Positions 57,377-64,000 of a stretch of 64,000 nt of DNA are shown piece by piece. The stretch lies in the NCBI GenBank assembly GCA_024704765.1, contig JAKMXF010000022.1:511055-575054 (forward strand), written 5' to 3'. The notes beneath the pieces were generated by a model. The model saw only the letters and a list, made by a program, of their open reading frames with translations, searched no databases and had not been told where the DNA came from. Source of the stretch: Oopsacas minuta. Its lineage: Eukaryota > Animalia > Porifera. The first letter of the stretch is position 1. Every line of letters begins with the position of its first letter. The translations under genes and the position numbers were made by a program.

Positions 57377-59500
57377 CTCGAGGTGCAATGCGCCGAGTTC
57401 ATCGCGAAGCGACATACCCCTTTTGTAGCCGTTGAGAGCAAGTATCTACGTAAATCTTGAGATTTGCTAACTTGTTTAGTTTATATCCATAAAAACAACA
57501 ATAATTTACATATGAGAAACTTGAAAATGCTATATTCTGGTTTAGCGTGCTGTGTTACAGCAAACCTGTATATATGTATTTGAAAATTGGAAAATTTGTA
57601 CACATTATATTCATAATAACAACAATAAAATTACATATGATTAATCCAAAGTGTAACAATCAGATTCACCATGTTCGATATATTTAGTGAAGTTTTATTG
57701 AATGATATTTATTCCTTTGAAAAACACGATAAATACATAGCATGGTTCTATCTACTGGGGGGGGAAGCTTCCTCCCCAAACACTTCAGCTTCCCCCCAAA
57801 AATCTCATAAAATGTACTATTAATCGCAATATATTATTCAATGGATAAATTATAGAATATCAATTCATTGTGAAAATACTATTTGAAGTGTAAATGAATA
57901 ACATGTGGGAAACCTGAATCACATTTCATACTTTCTGCAACTGCGAAATAATAACATATGTTGGTAAGTACAGCTTCCCACTATCCATCTGCCTATATAT
58001 TAGTGATGTACGAATTCTTGAGTTATAATATAGCGGAAAAAATTCTTTTGTTAACTTCACATAGGTAATAATTGATTAACCCAGTGTTACCACATGGATA
58101 AATTTGTTATCATTCGAGGAACTAAAAGAAATATTTCTGATTGCAACAATATATCTGAGTCTGAACCACAATCACCAGAGGAAGATGCGATTGTTTCTAA
58201 TCCATGCGCTTCTAAAACAGCTAAAACAATGCGAGCCTACAAGGACAACTTAGTTTATAATCCTACTTGGAAGAATGAATATACTTGGATGGACTACGAT
58301 TCATCTCAAAATGGTATGGTGTGTACGATTTGTAAGGTCCATGGTAAACCACCGGTACAAGCGAGAGGTGCATGGGTGACAAGACCTATAAACAATTGGG
58401 TGAAGGCGAAAATTGCAAGGAAGTCTACAAGCCAAGGATATTGATCTTGCGAGTGTGCCATCGATGGTTGCTAGTACTACTAAACGGCTGTTGGAGTTCA
58501 AAGAAGATGTAACAAGCAGCACATGGTTCAAGGAACATTCTTTGGATTTACTGATGATGCTCAATTAGGGGAGAAACACATCATGGTATTGGAAGAAGAG
58601 AAGAGTGAATTTCTTTACAAGGTGTATCGACCATACTTCCAAAGTGTCATAGATCATATTAATGTCAGGATGGAGTCTACTGAACTCATTTCAGCCATGT
58701 CTGTTTTTGACCCTCGCCATCCCTGGTACAGAAGAAGAATTATCAGAGTACAGAATGGAACAGATTAAGACACTCACGGATTTTATAGTGTTGAACAAAG
58801 GATCAAAGTAGGAGGAGATGAAGGTATATCACAGCCTGACATCGAAGCTAAAGAAACTGAGTCAGAGTGGAAATTGTTTCGACGCTTAATTTTCCTACAG
58901 TACAAAGGTAGGTCCTTACAATTTATACTCTCAAGACTGCTGGGGAACGGAGAGATATATGCTGCATTTCCAAACTTGGCAAAGATAGCCGCTATTTTGG
59001 AAGTATTACCAGTGACAACAGCCACAGTCGAAGGAGTTTCAGCAATACGAAATTACTAAAAACGAGACTTCGCAGCCGAATGAGTGAAGAGACACTTGAT
59101 TATTGTATGCGCATATGTATTGAAGGTCCTGATCACCTATCTGATGAAATTTAGAGGCAGTATTGGAGCATAATAAAGGAATGAAAATTAGAAAATCAAT
59201 TTGTGAGCGGCCCTTTATGTTTTACTACGATAGAAATCTTCATTATTAGGAATTAAATTAAGTGTTTGGTGTTTACTTCAAGGTTGTAATATTTTGATAA
59301 TTGGGTACTAAGGATTTCAAAGCTTCCCCCCAAATTTAACATCCTAGATAGAACGCTGCATAGTTATGCGACAATTTCAAAATTTCCTACCGTGAATCCT
59401 TTCCTTGACAACGAAAATAAAACAAAAAACAATTGAGATGAAATAATATTGATTAATCCAAAAGTGTGAAAATCGGAATCAGCATAGAGTGTAAAATATC
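57377..59500. repeat. Family X repeat, split by the hAT element
   Basis: Starts CTCGAGGTGCAATGCGCCGAGTTCATCGCGAAGCG (a similar motif is at 55447-55483), with internal repeated subunits (CATAAAAACAACAATAA; GATTAATCCAAAGTGT). Confidence 0.6.
57741..59358 (+). mobile_element. Internally deleted hAT transposon with ZNF862/TTF-zinc-finger-type transposase remnants; 5-bp TSD CATAG
   Basis: TIRs CATGGTTCTATCTA / CAGCGTTCTATCTA (reverse complement) with GGGGGGAAGCT subterminal motifs. The N-terminal zinc finger is at 58094+ (W...TWMDY...CTIC...GAWV.RPINNW). A frameshifted hAT dimerization domain (FPNLAKIAAILEVLPVTTATVE...KTRLRSRMSEETLD) is present, but the catalytic core is absent. Confidence 0.88.
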
Positions 59501-59630
59501 AAATTTGGACCCAGAAATTGGTAGAACAAATTAGAATTTCAAACTGAATTAGCTTAACCATGACCGGAGTAATATTAGGTACAAGGTCTCAAATGTTGAT
59601 ATAAGGAGAAATAAATTTGATTATGTTATA

Positions 59631-59941
59631 CTGTAAACTTTCCTTATAATGAAGTGCTCGGGACTTTGTTTTCATTTCTTTTTAAGCGGAGTATGTTAAA
59701 TGAACATTTGTTTGTAAAGTTATATCGATAATAATGCAAATATTTAATCAAAGTTCGCAAATACGGATATTGTAACAATAAGGTATCAAGTTGTGCTAAA
59801 TTTATTCAACTGCGGTTGTTATCAGCGGACTTCGTTATAACGCGCTGAAATTCAATAGCTTTTGGCCTAAAGGGGTAACAAATCCCTTCGTTATAAGCTG
59901 AGTTTCGTTGTATCCAGCTTTGTTATAATGGGAGTTTACTA
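59631..59941. mobile_element. pogo/Tigger-like MITE (duplicate of 51652-51962)
   Basis: Same TIRs, offset 7979. Confidence 0.65.
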
Positions 59942-60482
59942 TATATATATATTTACAATTGCTGAGGTCTACCAAATTTTACAAAATTTCCTTACAACAC
60001 AGATTTTGTCTAAGAAATTAGGGAAGTCCTTTGTAAAATGTGCATTTGAAATGTTAATTTGTCTTGTTGTATTATCTAGCTGACTTTGAATATTTTATTG
60101 ATTAAATGATAATTCGATATGCGTACACATTAATATTTAATTTTCTATTTATATATGTGCATGAATATTATGACAACCCAAAAAAATGTAATGCCTAGAA
60201 TTGAATTCATCCAAATGGGGTATCACATTCAGAATTCCATATGAGTAGGAATATTTATGGTAGCACGCAATAATGAATACAATTGATAAAATGTTCAGAT
60301 CTACTTCCAAAGCTACAAAAGATTCGTGACCGAATAAACACATGTGCATTAAGGAATGTGAACACTTACAGAGGCATGTGTATCAAATTTAGAAATATTG
60401 CTGATACATTTGTTTAACAAATTAGAATAACGAGAACTATCATATGAAATAATCTCTGTGTGCCATGGCCATGACCGTACAA

Positions 60483-61206
60483 CTTGATTGGCGAACACTC
60501 CGTAAACGGACATTTCGCATACGAGTACATCGACAATGGACATTTCGTATGATGGACGTTTTGTCTAATGGACATTTCATATAATGGACATATTGTCCAG
60601 TGGACAATTGTTCTAGATATTGTATAATATATGCTATCCACTAACACTTGTGTATTGATCATAAACACGTCTACGTGGAACATGGTGGAACACGGCCATA
60701 AATAGCTAAAATCTAAGATATCCCTGGTCCTTATTTCCCCAAAAATATAAACAAAGAGCCACTTGCAGCCAGTTTTACCAGAACTTACAACAGTAAAAAA
60801 CACTGTGCTCCTATTGTCCACAACTTAAATACCATACCTCCCACACCAGGCCAGTGCATAGCTATAAGAACTAAACATTCATCACCATATAGTTAGTATA
60901 GAAATCTCCGATTCCCCCTTCATAAAACCTTTTTACTAACTAACCTAACTAATATTCCGTGATGATCCCGTGCTATCTCTTAAATCCCGCGCTTTCCACC
61001 ACCATTTTTGCAAACTTTCTACCTTTTTCTACCTATCTTCAATTATTAAACTACGATAATACATCAAATTATTAGTAAACATGTATTGTACAACGTTTAG
61101 ACTAATTGTCCAGTATATAATATGTCCATTAGACAAAGTCCATCATACGAAATGTCCGCAATACGAATTGTACTATACGAAATATCCGAAGACGAAGTGT
61201 CCGATT
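60483..61206. mobile_element. 724-bp non-autonomous long-TIR element with 9-bp TSD (MULE-like)
   Basis: Present in copy 2 only. Flanked by ACCGTACAA / ACCGTAAAA, with the empty site ACCGTACAA at 52495-52503. It has ~150-bp imperfect TIRs built of GGACATTTCGT repeats. Confidence 0.8.
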
Positions 61207-61744
61207 ACCGTAAAATTTAGCATTTGAATATTACACGGTATTGTTATTGTGGTTTCTGCAACCGCCAGAACATCACATATTGCTGTTAGCAATCTGTGAA
61301 AGAAGCATGGAAAGTTCAAATTCTTGAAGGTTAAATTACAAATACTCTTTTGTACAGTATTAATTAATTCCCACAAACTTATTGAATTTTCTAATCACTC
61401 ATGTATTATAGCAGGAGAGTAGATAGGAGTGACATAGAAGGAAGAACCCAAATATCAAGGGAGAGTGAAAATGCGGTTAGCAAGGAAAATTAATAGATAA
61501 ACAGAAAATATAATTCAAGGATAGTTGTTCCCATCCCTGGAAATTCGCACCACCTGTTCCTCTCATGCACCACAATGTCCAAGTGTCATTAAGACCAAAG
61601 TAAATTGAAAGATTAATCATTAAGCTATCACATTAATATACACTCTAACAAATATACAAATATACTATTCTAGAAATATGCAAAATAATCTAGAGTGTTG
61701 GCAACTCCTGTAAGAACACACAAATAAGAGCTGAGTTTGATAAA

Positions 61745-63101
61745 CTAGTATTCATTTGCATCGTCTCCTCCTTCATCAGCATCATCACCAGATCCAGTTA
61801 CTTCAATATAGTCCTTCTCAAGAGCTGCTAAGTCATCTCTTGCATCGATGAATTCTCCCTCTTCCATTCCCTCACCAACATACCAGTGAACGAAAGCTCT
61901 CTTAGCGAACATCATGTCGAACTTCTCATTTAATCGCTGCCAGACTGATACAATTGATGTGCTATTAGCCAACATGCAAACTGAGCGATCAATCTAAATG
62001 GTAATGAATAGAAATTACTATTATCCCCGTCAAAGTATATTTATTCATTTTTACCTTGGCCATGTCTCCTTGAGGGGGGATAACTGGGGGTTGCGAGTTG
62101 ATCCCAACCTTGAACCCAGTTGGACACCATTCTACGAACTGAACTGAACTCAGTCCTTTGATGTGTTCAATGGACTGAGTAATATCTTTAGGCACTAGAT
62201 CTCCTCTGTAGAGTAAACAACAAGCCATGTATTTCCCCTCTGAAGGGTTGCATTTGATCATCTGAGTATTCTTCTCGAAGCATTCCAGAGTCAGTTCTTT
62301 AGCAGAGAACATGCTTTTAGCAGCCTTACTGCTTGAGATTATAGGCGCATAGGATGAGAGAGGGTAGTGGATTCTAGGAAAGGGAACCAAATTTGTCTGA
62401 AATTCATTCAAATCCACATTCAATTGACCTAAATAGAATAATTATCTATTAGTATGTATACTATTGAAATATAATTATTGCTAATATGCTCTGGTATCAT
62501 AATACTGACCAGCAAATCTCAAAGATGCTGTGATGGAAGATACAATCTGACAAATCAGACGGTTGAGGTTTGTATAAGCTGGCCTCTCAATGTCCAAATT
62601 GTTCTTGCATATGTCGTATATTGCTTCATTGTCAAATAGGAAGCTACATGTTGCGTGCTCCAGTGTGGAGTGAGTTGTATGGATGGCATTGTATGGCTCC
62701 ACTACTGCAGTACTGACTTGAGGAGCTGGGTAAACAGCAAACTCTAGTTTGTCTTTTTTCCCATACTAAAGATACATATCAATTAATCATATAACAGCAA
62801 TACAATTATACAAGTAATCGTTGATTCTGTATTACAAAATAACTTACTTCATTGTGCAGCTCGGACATGAGAAGACTAGTGAATCCTGATCCAGTGCCTC
62901 CTCCAAATGAATGGAAGATTAGGAATCCTTGTAACACACTACACTGTTCAGTCAGTTTCTTAATCTGCTTCAATGCAGGCTCTTGCATGTTCCTACCAAC
63001 AGTATAGTTTCCACGAGCGTAATTATTCGCTGCATCTTCCTTCCCCGAAATCAGTTGATTTGGGTGATACAGCTTGCGGTATGGCCCGCTTCGGATGTTG
63101 T
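61745..63101 (-). CDS. TUBA: Divergent alpha-tubulin, copy 2 (exons 3-6; exons 1-2 presumably beyond the mariner insertion in intron 2)
   Basis: Splice sites and frame are intact; differs from copy 1 by S->N (HPNQ) and F->Y (GNYT) plus synonymous changes. Confidence 0.85.
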
Positions 63102-63155
63102 CTGTTAAATGCAATCCAATTATAATACATTAATAGATAATTTCCAATTACTGTA

Positions 63156-64000
63156 CAGGGTGGCTCCAAAGTTCTGATACAAAATCATGATTAATATACA
63201 ACCATTATCAGGAAGTATTCTCAATGGTGTGCTCTCCCATGACATACCTTATACGCTTCCTAACAAATATTATTTCAATTTAGTGTATTCTATTTCGAAA
63301 AAAATTGTGATTGACCATGGAATCTGAGAGGTCAGCAATTATTGAGTTGCATATGGCGGGGAAAAGTCCATCAGAAATTTTGAAACTGCTGAATATTGCA
63401 AAAAGGACGTAGGGCATTTATCTACAGGACGATAAATCGATATAAGGAAACTGGGGACACTGTAGACAAGCCGAGATCTGGTCGTCCATGCTCTGTAACG
63501 ACCTCAGCTCTCAAGAAAGTGGTGCGAGAACGGATTCGGCGGAACCCACACCATTCGATGAGGAAAATGGCCTTGGAGCTCAATATATCTCGCCGAGCAA
63601 TACAAAAGGTTGTCAAAAGGGACCTAGGAATGCGCTCTTTTAAACGCAAAAAGGTACAATTCCTATCTGGGTCGGTGAAAGAAAAGAGAGTGTCCCGGAG
63701 CAAGAGCCTACTTGCTCTACACGCTATTGGAGTTCTCGAAAATACCATTTTCTCAGATGAGAAAATTTTCACCATTGAAGAGGCTACAAATAGCCAAAAC
63801 AACAGAGTCATCTCGACCTCAGTTTCAGCGATCCCTGATAAGTTCAGATATATCAGTCGGATGAAGAAACCACTGTCGGTGATAGTTTGGGCTGGGGTCT
63901 CTGCTGTTGGTCGGACACCACTGATTTTCATCCCCCCAGGAGTGAAAATCAATGCCAAAACATACCAAGAGCTTGTATTAGAGCCTGTGGTAAAAGGTCT
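63156..64000 (+). mobile_element. Tc1/mariner-superfamily transposon, maT/DD37D-like, truncated by the window edge; transposase from ATG 63317 with a +1 frameshift at A5 63400-63404
   Basis: Inserted at TA (63154-55) with TIR CAGGGTGGCTCC. The + strand translation gives HTH regions (DKPRSGRP, SMRKMALELNIS), then IFSDEKIFTIEE..NSQNNRV and SVIVWAGV...GVKINAKTY. Confidence 0.9.

Larger units (their letters stand above)
59527..63155. repeat. Segmental duplication copy 2 (interrupted by two insertions, continues beyond the window)
   Basis: Matches 51548-54443; identity stops at the TA where the mariner element is inserted. Confidence 0.95.

Noticed and set aside
63422-63958. 178-aa minus-strand ORF
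   Set aside because: It is the antisense shadow of the + strand transposase.

Overview
AT-rich, very compact, intron-poor eukaryotic (animal) DNA. The gene content and architecture suggest an early-branching metazoan such as a sponge, but this is inference only. Genes, left to right: a partial secreted Ig/FN3 protein, an orphan ankyrin exon, PRPF31 (5 exons), ANKRD45-like, mitofusin, FANCD2, a CyaB-like CYTH protein, PROSER1-like, a short THOC5 and ERCC2/XPD. Next comes a tail-to-tail pair of giant paralogous receptors with a tau/MAP2-like gene between them, and EFHC1 nested antisense in an intron of one receptor. After that come XRCC3, PCYOX1 and a tandemly duplicated divergent alpha-tubulin region full of DNA transposons. 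Top finding: splicing three small exons missing from the ORF track (22909-23890) onto the 24.3-30.1 kb ORF gives a ~2197-aa chimera. It has a Notch-ligand head (signal peptide-MNNL-DSL, with Delta-type intron positions) joined to an adhesion-GPCR stalk (EGF, 13 FN3, EGF, HormR, GAIN/GPS). It has only one transmembrane helix and an NPxY/NPF tail. Its neighbour is a ~3723-aa full 7TM adhesion GPCR that shares near-identical DNA blocks and a homologous tail. Other strong observations: FANCD2 has Ser at the position of the monoubiquitinated Lys561; a tau-like 31-aa repeat protein is present; the alpha-tubulin has lost the K40 codon; and two hAT-like elements have 5-bp and 7-bp target-site duplications. 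Exon models, alignments and counts were made by eye, and reference sequences were recalled from memory, so all need computational confirmation.
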